Source: Candidatus Woesearchaeota archaeon | Lineage (GTDB): Archaea; Nanobdellota; Nanobdellia; Woesearchaeales; JBAZVA01 | NCBI GenBank assembly: GCA_041661165.1 | Contig: JBAZVA010000001.1 | Span: 9,101-73,100, forward strand | Length of the DNA: 64,000 bases | Reading direction: 5' to 3' | In this document: positions 28,903 through 37,978 of the stretch, piece after piece | How the letters are laid out: each line of letters begins with the position of its first letter | How positions within the stretch are numbered: position 1 is the first letter of the stretch | Made by a program: the position numbers and the translations under genes | Notes under the pieces: generated by a model | Seen by the model: only the letters and a program-made list of their open reading frames with translations | What the model was told of the DNA's origin: nothing | Database searches by the model: none

Positions 28903-29061
28903 TCACTTGCTAGACTTTTCCGTTCTCTGCACTTTTTCTCTGATTCCTTTCATTATGTCATCCATTTTTTTAACGTCGACATTATCTGTAAGGTTTTGTG
29001 CTTTTGGCTTTGCCTTAACTTGTGCGCTTTTCAGCATTTCTTCTGTAAATTTATTGCTCAT
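28903..29061 (-). CDS. small basic protein (52 aa), not in the ORF track
   Basis: Own translation: MSNKFTEEMLKSAQVKAKPKAQNLTDNVDVKKMDDIMKGIREKVQRTEKSSK. TTTAAATA box about 25 nt upstream. Confidence 0.35.
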   Translation of the reverse strand: MSNKFTEEMLKSAQVKAKPKAQNLTDNVDVKKMDDIMKGIREKVQRTEKSSK

Positions 29062-29165
29062 AACATTAATGATGTAGTATTAGTATTTAAAGATTTCTAC
29101 ACAGTATCACATATTACTATACTAATATTTTCTACTGCCCCGTTGTACTATTATTTTTAGCAAAG

Positions 29166-29356
29166 GCTCTGTCAAAAAAGTTATCACCAGCACGCAAAAC
29201 CTCACAGAGGTAAATAAGCGTAGCGCATTTATCTCAAAGAGGTAGCCAAGTGCAACGCGACTATAGTAAATCGGTATTATAGTTCCAATAGTCGCTCTTA
29301 ATTGGCACAATTATTAGCACTACATGTCAGGCTTGTGGATAAATTTTTGACAGAGC
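29166..29356 (+). repeat. intergenic element, subfamily A, with two tandem module I units (29200-29232, 29233-29266)
   Basis: GCTCTGTCAAAAAAGTTATCACCAGCACGCAAAA[2 modules]TAAATCGG..AGTTCCAATAG..ACAATTATTAGCACTACATGTCAGGCTTGTGGATAAATTTTTGACAGAGC. Confidence 0.85.
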
Positions 29357-29402
29357 TCTGAAAAAGCAGCCTTTTTAAAGAAGTTTTCTTTACCTATAAA
29401 AT

Positions 29403-29945
29403 ATGAATCAAAAAAACATTGGAATCATAATAATAATAGTAGGACTTCTTCTAAGTTTATTTGTTTATGCTGTTAAATTAAAAGAAGACAAATATATAGA
29501 AGAATACACGAAAAAAAATAATACTTGTTATCTTGATGATGGGACTTGTCTTCATTCAGACAGAAGCTACACATTATACATATTTGGCTTCGTAATTTCA
29601 ATGTCATTAATAGTTCTTGGTGTATATTTAGTTTTCTTTGACAAAGTTCAAAGGAAAATACTTGAAAATCAAGACGAAATATCTCACAGATTAAAAGAAG
29701 TAAAAGAGCTTGAGAATAAAAAAGATGAATTTAGTGCATTTGTTTCTGCATTTTCTGAAGATGAGCAAAATATTTTAAAAGCAATTCATGCGCAGGAAGG
29801 AATTAAGCAATCGACAATAAGATTTAAGACTGGACTTTCGAAAACGACAGTTTCTCTTATACTTTCATCGCTTGAAAAAAGAAAAATAGTTTCAAGAAAA
29901 GTGTCGGGAAAAACTAATGAAGTATATTTGATTAAAAAATTCTAG
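29403..29945 (+). CDS. membrane-anchored winged-helix protein
   Basis: Two TM helices, then ILKAIHAQEGIKQSTIRFKTGLSKTTVSLILSSLEKRKIV (MarR/TrmB-like wHTH). Confidence 0.55.
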   Translation: MNQKNIGIIIIIVGLLLSLFVYAVKLKEDKYIEEYTKKNNTCYLDDGTCLHSDRSYTLYIFGFVISMSLIVLGVYLVFFDKVQRKILENQDEISHRLKEVKELENKKDEFSAFVSAFSEDEQNILKAIHAQEGIKQSTIRFKTGLSKTTVSLILSSLEKRKIVSRKVSGKTNEVYLIKKF

Positions 29946-29970
29946 AAGAATTTAAGATAGTTGTTAATTG

Positions 29971-30429
29971 TTATAGTTTTATTTCTTCTACTTTGATGAT
30001 GACATCTTCATATCGGTCAGATAGTCTTATTTTTTTCTTAAAAATTATTTCTATCTTTCCATTATATACTTTAATATCTTTTAGATATTCTCCTCCCAAT
30101 ACTTCTTTGCATATTTGAATGTTTTTTTTTCTTAATTCATTTATTATATGTGCAGATTTCTCGTGATTTTCTAGTTCTCCAATCAAATATGCCTTCATGT
30201 TTTTTTCATTACAATTTTGGTTTTGGGTCATATCACGAATCATGATATCTAATGCAGATTCCGCATTAAAGTCAAGTTTATTATACTGATAAATGTGCCC
30301 TAAAGAAAGAGTGTTTCTATTTACATCGTATAGTATTAGTCCAAGACAGTTCTCAAAATCCTCTGAAATTGCAATGTCGCTTACTCCAAATGTTTTGAAG
30401 TTATTTTGTAATATGTTATAGGTGCTCAT
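29971..30429 (-). CDS. hypothetical protein (152 aa); weak CheD-like resemblance
   Basis: CLGLILYDVNRNTLSLGHIY and LGGEY loosely recall CheD deamidase motifs. Not secure. Confidence 0.4.
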   Translation of the reverse strand: MSTYNILQNNFKTFGVSDIAISEDFENCLGLILYDVNRNTLSLGHIYQYNKLDFNAESALDIMIRDMTQNQNCNEKNMKAYLIGELENHEKSAHIINELRKKNIQICKEVLGGEYLKDIKVYNGKIEIIFKKKIRLSDRYEDVIIKVEEIKL

Positions 30430-30637
30430 AATCTATCAAATACTCTTTTTATTTATATTTTGTCCGTTTTTACGGATATCTTTTTGGTCAAAAAATTACC
30501 GCCAAAAAACACGTCATAAACGTTCTACTATTAATATTCTTCAATCCTAAACGATAAAGCCTATGATTTGTGACCGAATGGTATTAATAAAGGCTTGACC
30601 TATGTATGTGTAGAACAAACTAATTTGGGATTAGGAT

Positions 30638-30770
30638 GTGTCCCAAAAAGTCCATTACCGGCAAACAAAACAGTATGCAGTCATTAAGTATGCTCTTTAG
30701 AATAGGCAACTAAAATGGGCACAATTATTAGCTATGTATGCAAGGCCGGTAATGTTGACTTTGAAGACAC
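30638..30770 (+). repeat. intergenic element, subfamily B, full-length arms
   Basis: GTGTCCCAAAAAGTCCATTACCGGCAAACAAAACAGTATGCAGT...ACAATTATTAGCTATGTATGCAAGGCCGGTAATGTTGACTTTGAAGACAC. Confidence 0.9.
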
Positions 30771-30816
30771 CTTAAGACTTAAAAAATAATTAAACGGCAA
30801 AACGGAGGCTAAAACC

Positions 30817-31023
30817 ATGAAAATAAGTAAACTTAACGTTAAAGGGATGCATTGCAAAAGTTGCGAGGAAATTATTAAAGACTCACTATTAGATATTAAA
30901 GGAGTAGATTCAGTCAAGCCAGACTCAAAAAATAATGTTGTGGTGGTCTCTTATGATGAAAAGCTTATAGAATTAACCAAAATAAAAGAGATAATCAAAA
31001 ATGAAGGATACGAGGTACTGTAA
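30817..31023 (+). CDS. copZ: HMA-domain copper chaperone
   Basis: GMHCKSCEE metal-binding motif. Length is 68 aa. Confidence 0.85.
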   Translation: MKISKLNVKGMHCKSCEEIIKDSLLDIKGVDSVKPDSKNNVVVVSYDEKLIELTKIKEIIKNEGYEVL

Positions 31024-31026
31024 ATC

Positions 31027-32565
31027 ATGAAACATCAAAATAAAATTGAAAAAAGCAAAATGAAAACAATTCAATTTACTGCAAAAGGAACAGTTTGCAC
31101 TAGTTGTGAGAAAATAATTGTAAGACAAGCAAAAAAATTACCAGGTGTAATTGATGCTAAATTTGATTACAAAACAGAAACAGGAGAAGTTACGTTTGAC
31201 GAAAATAAAACTTCTATTAAAGAAATATACAAAACAATAAAAGAGAAAGGTTACCAGTGTTCTAATTGCGATTGTGATAATAATGAAAATAATAATTCAA
31301 AAAGAGATCCAGTAACAACTGTCCTATACATTATATATGGTATAGTTGGAATTATGTTACTCTTTTATTTTGCACCATCATTTATTGATAAAATTCCAGT
31401 TCCTGATATTTCACAAAATATGAGTCTTGGACTATTATTCATAGTAGGACTTCTGACAGGATTTCATTGTGTTGCAATGTGTGGTGGATTTGTTATTAGC
31501 TATACAACAAAAGCCGTTGCAGAAAAAACAAGTGTCGTCAAAGCACATTTATCTTATGCATTTGGAAAGACATTATCATACACAGTTATCGGAGCAATTT
31601 TCGGATTCATCGGGTCAGTAATCGCATTCACACCTTTTATGAGAGGCCTTGCAGGAATACTTGCAGGGCTTTTTCTCCTCCTATTTGGACTTAAAATGTT
31701 AAACATATTTCCGTCTCTTAGAAGGGTTGGTTTTTCATCAATACCAGGTATTTCAAAGATTATGCCAAAACACAATTCAAACTCAAGCCCTCTTGTTATC
31801 GGTCTATTAAACGGACTAATGATTGCATGCGGACCACTTCAGGCTATATATATACTTGCGGCAGGAAGTGCGAGTGCAATAACTGGTGCAAAGATGCTCT
31901 TTGTATTTGCATTAGGAACGCTTCCGGTGATGATTGGGTTTGGTTTTTTTACAAGTTTTTTGTCAAGCAAATTCACATCAAAATTGCTCAAAGCATCAGG
32001 AATATTAATTATCATAATGGGAATTTTAATGCTTAATACAGGACTTGCATTAAGTGGTAGCGGTTATGATTTCAAATCATTAAGTTCTCGTATCGCTCAA
32101 AATTCTATTAACGATAACTCTAATGCTGCAAACAATATTGCAAATAAATATACAAGTGATCAAATGGCAGTACAAAAAGATGGTTATCAAGAGATTCACA
32201 TGGATGTAACATATAGTGGATATAGTCCAGATTCATTTGTATTAAAAAAAGGAATTCCTGTGCATTGGATAATTAACGGTAAACAAATAACGGGTTGTAA
32301 TAAAGGAATATTAGTTCCATCATACAATTTACAGTTTGATGTAAAACTCGGCGAGCAAACTATTGAATTTACTCCGACAAAAACAGGAACAATTCCATGG
32401 AGCTGTTGGATGGGAATGATTCAGGCAAATTTTATCGTTGTAGATGATTTATCAGACACAAAAGCAGTTCAGACTGCAATTACAACACAGCCTGCAAAAA
32501 AAGCAAGTGGTTCGTGTGGCATGGGTGGTTCAGGGGGTGGATGTGGTTGTGGTATGATGAGTTAA
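31027..32565 (+). CDS. HMA domain + polytopic permease (TauE/SafE- or DsbD-like) + C-terminal cupredoxin-like domain fusion
   Basis: GTVCTSCEK HMA motif, at least 6 TM helices with FHCVAMCGG, and a C-terminal ...TIPWSCWMGMIQANFIVV cupredoxin_1-like end. Tail is GSCGMGGSGGGCGCGMMS. Confidence 0.7.
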   Translation: MKHQNKIEKSKMKTIQFTAKGTVCTSCEKIIVRQAKKLPGVIDAKFDYKTETGEVTFDENKTSIKEIYKTIKEKGYQCSNCDCDNNENNNSKRDPVTTVLYIIYGIVGIMLLFYFAPSFIDKIPVPDISQNMSLGLLFIVGLLTGFHCVAMCGGFVISYTTKAVAEKTSVVKAHLSYAFGKTLSYTVIGAIFGFIGSVIAFTPFMRGLAGILAGLFLLLFGLKMLNIFPSLRRVGFSSIPGISKIMPKHNSNSSPLVIGLLNGLMIACGPLQAIYILAAGSASAITGAKMLFVFALGTLPVMIGFGFFTSFLSSKFTSKLLKASGILIIIMGILMLNTGLALSGSGYDFKSLSSRIAQNSINDNSNAANNIANKYTSDQMAVQKDGYQEIHMDVTYSGYSPDSFVLKKGIPVHWIINGKQITGCNKGILVPSYNLQFDVKLGEQTIEFTPTKTGTIPWSCWMGMIQANFIVVDDLSDTKAVQTAITTQPAKKASGSCGMGGSGGGCGCGMMS

Positions 32566-32585
32566 TTTTTTTTAAAACAACGAAA

Positions 32586-32715
32586 GTGTGTCCAACGTTT
32601 GTCTTGCCGGTAAGCAGACACGTTTGCAATTATAATTTTTCATACTTTGAAGCAATCATTGATGAGAAACAGAATTGCAAAACAAGCAAGATTGGCAAAG
32701 ACAATTTGGACACAC
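32586..32715 (+). repeat. intergenic element, subfamily C
   Basis: GTGTGTCCAACGTTTGTCTTGCCGGTAAGCAGACACGTTTGCAATTAT...AAGCAAGATTGGCAAAGACAATTTGGACACAC. The interior resembles 37765-37884. Confidence 0.8.
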
Positions 32716-32752
32716 ATAACAACACAAAACAATTAAATATAGAAATGAGGTA

Positions 32753-34990
32753 ATGATTAAGATGAATAAAGAACTAAATTTACAAATTAGTGGAATGCAC
32801 TGTGCAAGTTGTTCAACATTAATAGACAGAGCTCTAAAGAAAAAAGAAGGAGTTGTTTCTTCAAATGTAAATCTTACAACAGAAAAAGCAAATATTATTT
32901 ACGATGATTCAAAAGTTGATACACAAACCCTGATTCAGGTTGTGAAAGACAAAGGTTATGGTGCACAAATATTCGAAAATAATAAAAGCGAAGCAAAAGC
33001 GCAAGAAGTAAGAAAGAAAAAAGAATTATTTGAGTTGAAAAGATTATTTTTAACGTCACTGATTTTTACTATTCCTGCATTTATGATAGGGATGGTGTTT
33101 GAATGGATTTCACTTGACATCCCGTACAAAGGATACATTTTATTTGCACTTGCAACTCCTGTACAATTTTTTGTTGGATGGACTTTCTATAAAGGTGCGT
33201 GGTATGCATTAAAAAACAAAAGTGCGAATATGGATACGTTAATTGTAGTCGGTACTAGTTCTGCATATTTTTTAAGTGTATATAATGTATTGTTTGGTTC
33301 AAGTATGGTGACATATTTCGAAGTTTCAGCAACACTAATCACGTTAGTTTTATTTGGCAAACTTCTAGAAGCGATTGCAAAAGGAAAAACGAGTGACGCA
33401 ATAAAAAAATTAATAACATTATCTCCAAAAATTGCAACAATAATAAAAGACGGAAAAGAGATAGAAGTAAATATTGATGATGTAAAAGTTGATGATATCA
33501 TTTTAATTAGACCCGGAGAAAAAATTCCGGTTGACGGAATTGTAATTTCAGGATCTTCTTCAATTGATGAAAGTATGATTACCGGAGAAAGTATGCCGGT
33601 TGAAAAAAATATTAAAGACAAAGTTTTCTGTGCGACAATAAATAAACACGGAAGTTTAAAGATAAAAGCAACAAAAGTTGGTGCCGATACTACTTTATCT
33701 CACATAATAAAACTAATTGAAGATGCACAAACAAAAAAAGCGCCAATTCAGAGATTTGCTGATATGATATCAGGAATTTTTGTTCCTGTTGTAATTTCGA
33801 TTGCGATAATTTCAGGTCTTATTTGGTATTTTGTATTAGGGCAATCTATTTCATTTTCAATTTTAATTGGTGTGTCTGTACTTGTAATTGCATGTCCCTG
33901 CGCTTTAGGTCTTGCAACACCAACAGCAATAATGGTTGGAACTGGAATTGGTGCACAAAACGGAATTTTAATCAAAGGTGGCGATGCACTTGAAAGCGCT
34001 CACAAATTAAAATATGTTATTTTTGATAAAACAGGAACAATTACCATAGGAAAACCAAGTGTCACGAATATTTTTATTTCTGATTATGTTGATGAAAATG
34101 ATTTTCTGACAATTGTTTCAAGCTTGGAAAAAGAATCAGAACATCCTTTGGCCCAAGCAATACTTGAACATTCAAAAGAGAAAAATATAGATATTAAAGA
34201 ACCAAAAGACTTCAAAGCAATTCCTGGATTTGGTATTACTGCAAAAATAAATAATAAAGACTATTACTTCGGAAATACTAAATTAATTGAAAAGCAGAAT
34301 TTGTCAGTAGAAGAATTTTTGGAAACTATAGAAGAATTAGAACATTCCGGGAAAACGGTTATGGTTTTATCTAGCAAAACAAAAGTTCTTGGAATAATTG
34401 CGGTTGCAGATACAATTAAAAGAACATCAATTGACGCAGTAAAAAAATTAAAAGAATTAAAAATAACTCCTTATATGATTACAGGAGACAATAAAAGAAC
34501 AGCAAAAGCAATTGCAAAACAAGTTGGCATTGACGAGAATTGTGTATTTGCAGAAGTTTTGCCGGAAGATAAAGCAAGACATGTTAAAGAATTGCAACGA
34601 AAAGGAATTGATAAGTTTGGAAAACAAGGAAAGGTTTGCATGGTTGGTGACGGAATTAATGACGCTCCAGCATTGGCACAGGCAGACATAGGAATTGCTA
34701 TGGGTTCAGGAACGGATGTTGCAATGGAGACTGGAAATATTGTGCTTATGAAAAATGATTTGTTAGATGTTCCTAAAGCAATAAAATTAAGTAAAATGAC
34801 TATGACTAAAATAAAACAAAACATGTTTTGGGCATTAGTTTACAACGTTCTTGGAATACCAATTGCTGCAGGTGTGTTATACTTATCAACCGGATGGTTA
34901 CTTAGTCCAATGATTGCAGGTGGTGCAATGGCTTTATCAAGTGTTAGCGTTGTGTCTAATTCGCTTCTATTAAGGGCAAAGAAACTGTAA
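32753..34990 (+). CDS. copA: P1B-type copper-translocating ATPase
   Basis: GMHCASC HMA motif, TGES, CPC, DKTGT and GDGINDAP. Confidence 0.95.
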   Translation: MIKMNKELNLQISGMHCASCSTLIDRALKKKEGVVSSNVNLTTEKANIIYDDSKVDTQTLIQVVKDKGYGAQIFENNKSEAKAQEVRKKKELFELKRLFLTSLIFTIPAFMIGMVFEWISLDIPYKGYILFALATPVQFFVGWTFYKGAWYALKNKSANMDTLIVVGTSSAYFLSVYNVLFGSSMVTYFEVSATLITLVLFGKLLEAIAKGKTSDAIKKLITLSPKIATIIKDGKEIEVNIDDVKVDDIILIRPGEKIPVDGIVISGSSSIDESMITGESMPVEKNIKDKVFCATINKHGSLKIKATKVGADTTLSHIIKLIEDAQTKKAPIQRFADMISGIFVPVVISIAIISGLIWYFVLGQSISFSILIGVSVLVIACPCALGLATPTAIMVGTGIGAQNGILIKGGDALESAHKLKYVIFDKTGTITIGKPSVTNIFISDYVDENDFLTIVSSLEKESEHPLAQAILEHSKEKNIDIKEPKDFKAIPGFGITAKINNKDYYFGNTKLIEKQNLSVEEFLETIEELEHSGKTVMVLSSKTKVLGIIAVADTIKRTSIDAVKKLKELKITPYMITGDNKRTAKAIAKQVGIDENCVFAEVLPEDKARHVKELQRKGIDKFGKQGKVCMVGDGINDAPALAQADIGIAMGSGTDVAMETGNIVLMKNDLLDVPKAIKLSKMTMTKIKQNMFWALVYNVLGIPIAAGVLYLSTGWLLSPMIAGGAMALSSVSVVSNSLLLRAKKL

Positions 34991-34995
34991 TGTAA

Positions 34996-35589
34996 TTATA
35001 AATCAATATTGCCTTTTGTACTTGGAATATAATCTTTTAATCTTTTATCTTTAGAACACGCCATTTTTAATGCTTTTCCAAATGCCTTAAATATCGATTC
35101 TATCTTATGGTGATCGTCTCTTCCATACGGCACATATATTGATATGTTTGCAGAAAGTCCTTTAGATAAACCAGAGAAAAACTCCTCTAAAATATCGGAG
35201 TCAAAATCACCGCAATATCTTCTTCTAAATTTAGCTTTAAAATTAATTGCAGGTCTTCCTCCTATATCAATTGCTACAATTCCAAGGGAATCATCCATAG
35301 GAAATGCAAAGAATCCTGCACGATTTATACCTTTTTTATCTCCCAGGGCATTTTTGAACGCTTGACCAATTACAATTCCAATATCTTCTACTGTATGATG
35401 TTGATCAATGTGAATATCTCCTTTAGCATTCAAAATCAAATCAAATGCACCATGTTTTGAGAAATTTTCAAGCATATGATTCAAAAAGTTCATAGGGGTA
35501 GAAATAACATATTTTCCTTTTCCATCTATATTTAACTTCAAAGAAATCTGAGTTTCCTTAGTATTTCTTGTTATTTTGCTGTTTCTCAT
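34996..35589 (-). CDS. hisB: imidazoleglycerol-phosphate dehydratase
   Basis: TKETQISLKLNIDG, HHTVEDIGI and GRDDHHKIES are IGPD His-rich motifs. Confidence 0.9.
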   Translation of the reverse strand: MRNSKITRNTKETQISLKLNIDGKGKYVISTPMNFLNHMLENFSKHGAFDLILNAKGDIHIDQHHTVEDIGIVIGQAFKNALGDKKGINRAGFFAFPMDDSLGIVAIDIGGRPAINFKAKFRRRYCGDFDSDILEEFFSGLSKGLSANISIYVPYGRDDHHKIESIFKAFGKALKMACSKDKRLKDYIPSTKGNIDL

Positions 35590-35629
35590 AGAGATAATGA
35601 TATGTGTACTTCTTTATAAATATTCTTGA

Positions 35630-36450
35630 TTAATATTCTAATTCGAAATATAATGGTTTTGTGTTTTTATGAAAATGCATTGGTTTTTCTATCCTTTTGA
35701 GTTCTAATTCCAAATCTTTTAATTCAAAGAAGAAATTATTTACAGGGTCACACAGAAAATCTTTTCTATTGATGTGTACATGTAAAAAACTATGAATTTC
35801 ATCTAAATCTGGATTTTTTAAAATATCAGTAGCAACTATTTCACAATCAATATCCAAGAGTATAAATGTTGCAAACTCAAGAGCAGATATGTGTCTGCAG
35901 CATTGTTTTTTAGTTTTATGACTTGACCAACGGACAAAGTTTCATCATAATAATCTTTATATGGATCAATTTTCATGCACGGAACCAACAAATGTATTGC
36001 TTGATTTATTCCTTGTGCTACTTCTTTTGTATTAGTATATTGTTTAGGAATTACTTTTTGAATTAATTTCTTTAGATTAATATCTTCTATCGTATAACAG
36101 AATTCGAGGGTTTTATTGTTGTATGTTTTTATTTTTTTCGGAAATTTTGTGTATACTTTGTATGCATCTACATTGAATTCATTTTCTTTCTTAAATGAGT
36201 AATGTGTTTGATTTAAAGAGTAATCTATGATTTCTAATTCTCCTTCTTTCTCAAAAAAACCCGTTTGTTCTTGAAATGGATGGATTATTGTTTGAAAATA
36301 AATTATATTCTTGTTTATACTGATTACTTTTGCCAAAACATCACTTTTTCCGGTCATATTGAAAGCGATATTTTTTCCTGCCAAAAAATTAATGTCTTTA
36401 TTTTGAAGTTTTTTACAAAGCTTTTCGTAGAATATGCCGTATTCGTCCAT
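35630..36450 (-). CDS. transglutaminase-like cysteine protease-fold protein, split into two frames at an A-AAA-AAC heptamer (frameshift, pseudogene or homopolymer error)
   Basis: ORFs 35836-36450 and 35630-35857 overlap. The -1 frame downstream of 35905 reads QCCRHISALEFATFILLDIDCEIVATD...HSFLHVHINRKDFLCDPVNN, a Cys..His..Asp core. A fused product would be about 273 aa. Confidence 0.6.
35905..35911 (-). promoter_or_regulatory. candidate -1 ribosomal frameshift heptamer A AAA AAC, in phase with the upstream frame
   Basis: The plus strand reads GTTTTTT. Zero-frame codons are CTA AAA AAC. A -1 slip gives CAA TGC TGC and continues the downstream ORF. A 5-bp hairpin GCAGA-cacata-TCTGC starts 6 nt downstream. 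Confidence 0.35.
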
Positions 36451-36557
36451 ATATAATCATATTTGTTAATCTGTTTATAAAAAATTTGAATCACTTAATT
36501 GTGACAATTACGAAGGATTTTTATACTCAATAGTGTCTTATATTTCAATTGAGTATT

Positions 36558-36794
36558 ATGGCAAAAGTAAAACCCGGAATCTACAAACATTTCAAGGGAA
36601 ATTTGTATGAAGTAATTGGAACTGCACATCATAGTGAAACTTTAGAAGAACTGGTTGTTTACAAAGCGTTGTATGAAAATAAAGATTTTGGAACAAATGC
36701 TTTGTGGGTAAGACCTTTAAAAATGTTTTTAGAAAAAGTAGAATTTAATGGGAAAAAAGTTAATAGATTTATTTTCATTCAATCTGTAAATTAA
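36558..36794 (+). CDS. DUF1653-like small protein
   Basis: [30 protein letters not shown]....LWVRPLKMF matches the DUF1653 pattern as I recall it. Confidence 0.65.
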   Translation: MAKVKPGIYKHFKGNLYEVIGTAHHSETLEELVVYKALYENKDFGTNALWVRPLKMFLEKVEFNGKKVNRFIFIQSVN

Positions 36795-36891
36795 TATTAC
36801 TCAATAATTGATGTATCTGAGATGTTCTGTTTTTTGTTAATAATTTCACAAGTTAGATATCCTTATAAATTATTTTTCTCAAACTATTATT

Positions 36892-37680
36892 ATGAAATTG
36901 ACAAATCTATATGTAATTATATTGTGTTTAATAATTTCAATTTCTATTGTGTATGCTGTAGATTGTCCTTATGGAATTGAAAACGATACTGCTCCTGGTA
37001 TTTGTGTTAGATATGTCGATGACAACGGTGATGAGTATTGTGATTTATCAGAAGATAATATAATTCAACCTATCTTATCAGAAACAACTCTTGAAATTCC
37101 TGAAATCACGGGAAAATATCTTAAAGTAAAAACAATAGAAGAAGTCGCATCATTTTACAGTATTGATAAAACCGAATTATTGAAACACATAAGCGAACAT
37201 TATAAAATTCCTGCGAAATATTCCGATACTATACAATTATTACACGATAATTACGGAGTTGAACCGGATGTTGTAAAAAACATTGTAACCGAAATTATAA
37301 CTAAAACAACTCATGATGTTGAACCAATTACAACAAATTCGTCTAAATCTTCAATTGTTGATGGAAAATATATTTTTATTCCTATTTTAATTATCAGTAT
37401 TTTGCTTTATGTATTCACATATATATTATCTAAAGCTAATGTTTTTTCAACAGTTACTCATAGAAAAATATGGAATATTTTGTTGTCAATTAGTTTCTTA
37501 TTTAGTGTTATTTTAGGATTATTTCTTGTAATAAGAATCAATTATGGTATTTTGTTTTATTTACCTTTTAATATATTATATTGGCATGTTGAATTTGGAA
37601 TTGTAATGGCAATAATTTCTACATTTCATGTACTTTGGCATTTACAATATTACAAATCATTATTTAAGAAAAGAAATTAA
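36892..37680 (+). CDS. membrane protein with Cys-rich N-terminal ectodomain and His-containing TM bundle
   Basis: Signal/anchor sequence, DCPYG...C..Y.......YC, then 3-4 TM helices containing HVEFG...FHVLWH. Confidence 0.5.
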   Translation: MKLTNLYVIILCLIISISIVYAVDCPYGIENDTAPGICVRYVDDNGDEYCDLSEDNIIQPILSETTLEIPEITGKYLKVKTIEEVASFYSIDKTELLKHISEHYKIPAKYSDTIQLLHDNYGVEPDVVKNIVTEIITKTTHDVEPITTNSSKSSIVDGKYIFIPILIISILLYVFTYILSKANVFSTVTHRKIWNILLSISFLFSVILGLFLVIRINYGILFYLPFNILYWHVEFGIVMAIISTFHVLWHLQYYKSLFKKRN

Positions 37681-37695
37681 TATTTATATCTATAA

Positions 37696-37968
37696 TAAGT
37701 AATAAGTGTTCACACGTACCGGCTCTCTAACGTTTGCAAGTAAGTTTCATTCATTTTCACGTACGTCCTTGTGTTTTCACAAGCAAGCAGACACCTCTGC
37801 AATTATGTTTATTCATGCTATAAAGCAATTATTCTTACTAATATAATAGTGATACAATGAAGGCCGGTGAAAACACTATAGGACATAACTAGTTCTCACA
37901 AACGATGTATGAAGAAATATTTAGCGTTAATAATTGTATTTGCCGGTGGAGTGAACACTTATTACTTA
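37696..37968. repeat. composite: outer palindromic-arm element interrupted by an inner subfamily C element
   Basis: Outer arms TAAGTAATAAGTGTTCAC (37696-37713) and GTGAACACTTATTACTTA (37951-37968), with inner ACCGGC...GCCGGT. Confidence 0.7.
37765..37884 (+). repeat. intergenic element, subfamily C, nested inside the outer element
   Basis: GTCCTTGTGTTTTCACAAGCAAGCAGACACCTCTGCAATTAT...GAAGGCCGGTGAAAACACTATAGGAC. Confidence 0.8.
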
Positions 37969-37978
37969 CAAACTAAGT

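Noticed and set aside
29971-30429. A CheD-like deamidase call for the 152-aa protein.
   Set aside because: The resemblance is limited to two short segments and there are no chemotaxis genes nearby. It is kept as hypothetical with a note only.
33187-34824. Long antisense or alternative-frame ORFs inside strongly supported genes. Examples are 33187-33621 and 34471-34824 in copA, 23669-24149 in the GGPP synthase gene, 10247-10531 in the DRG gene, 42566-42843 in the RGG protein gene, and 49876-51279 in the membrane protein gene.
   Set aside because: Each lies fully within a gene that has clear family motifs. Their products are low-complexity or hydrophobic artefacts of AT-rich antisense sequence.
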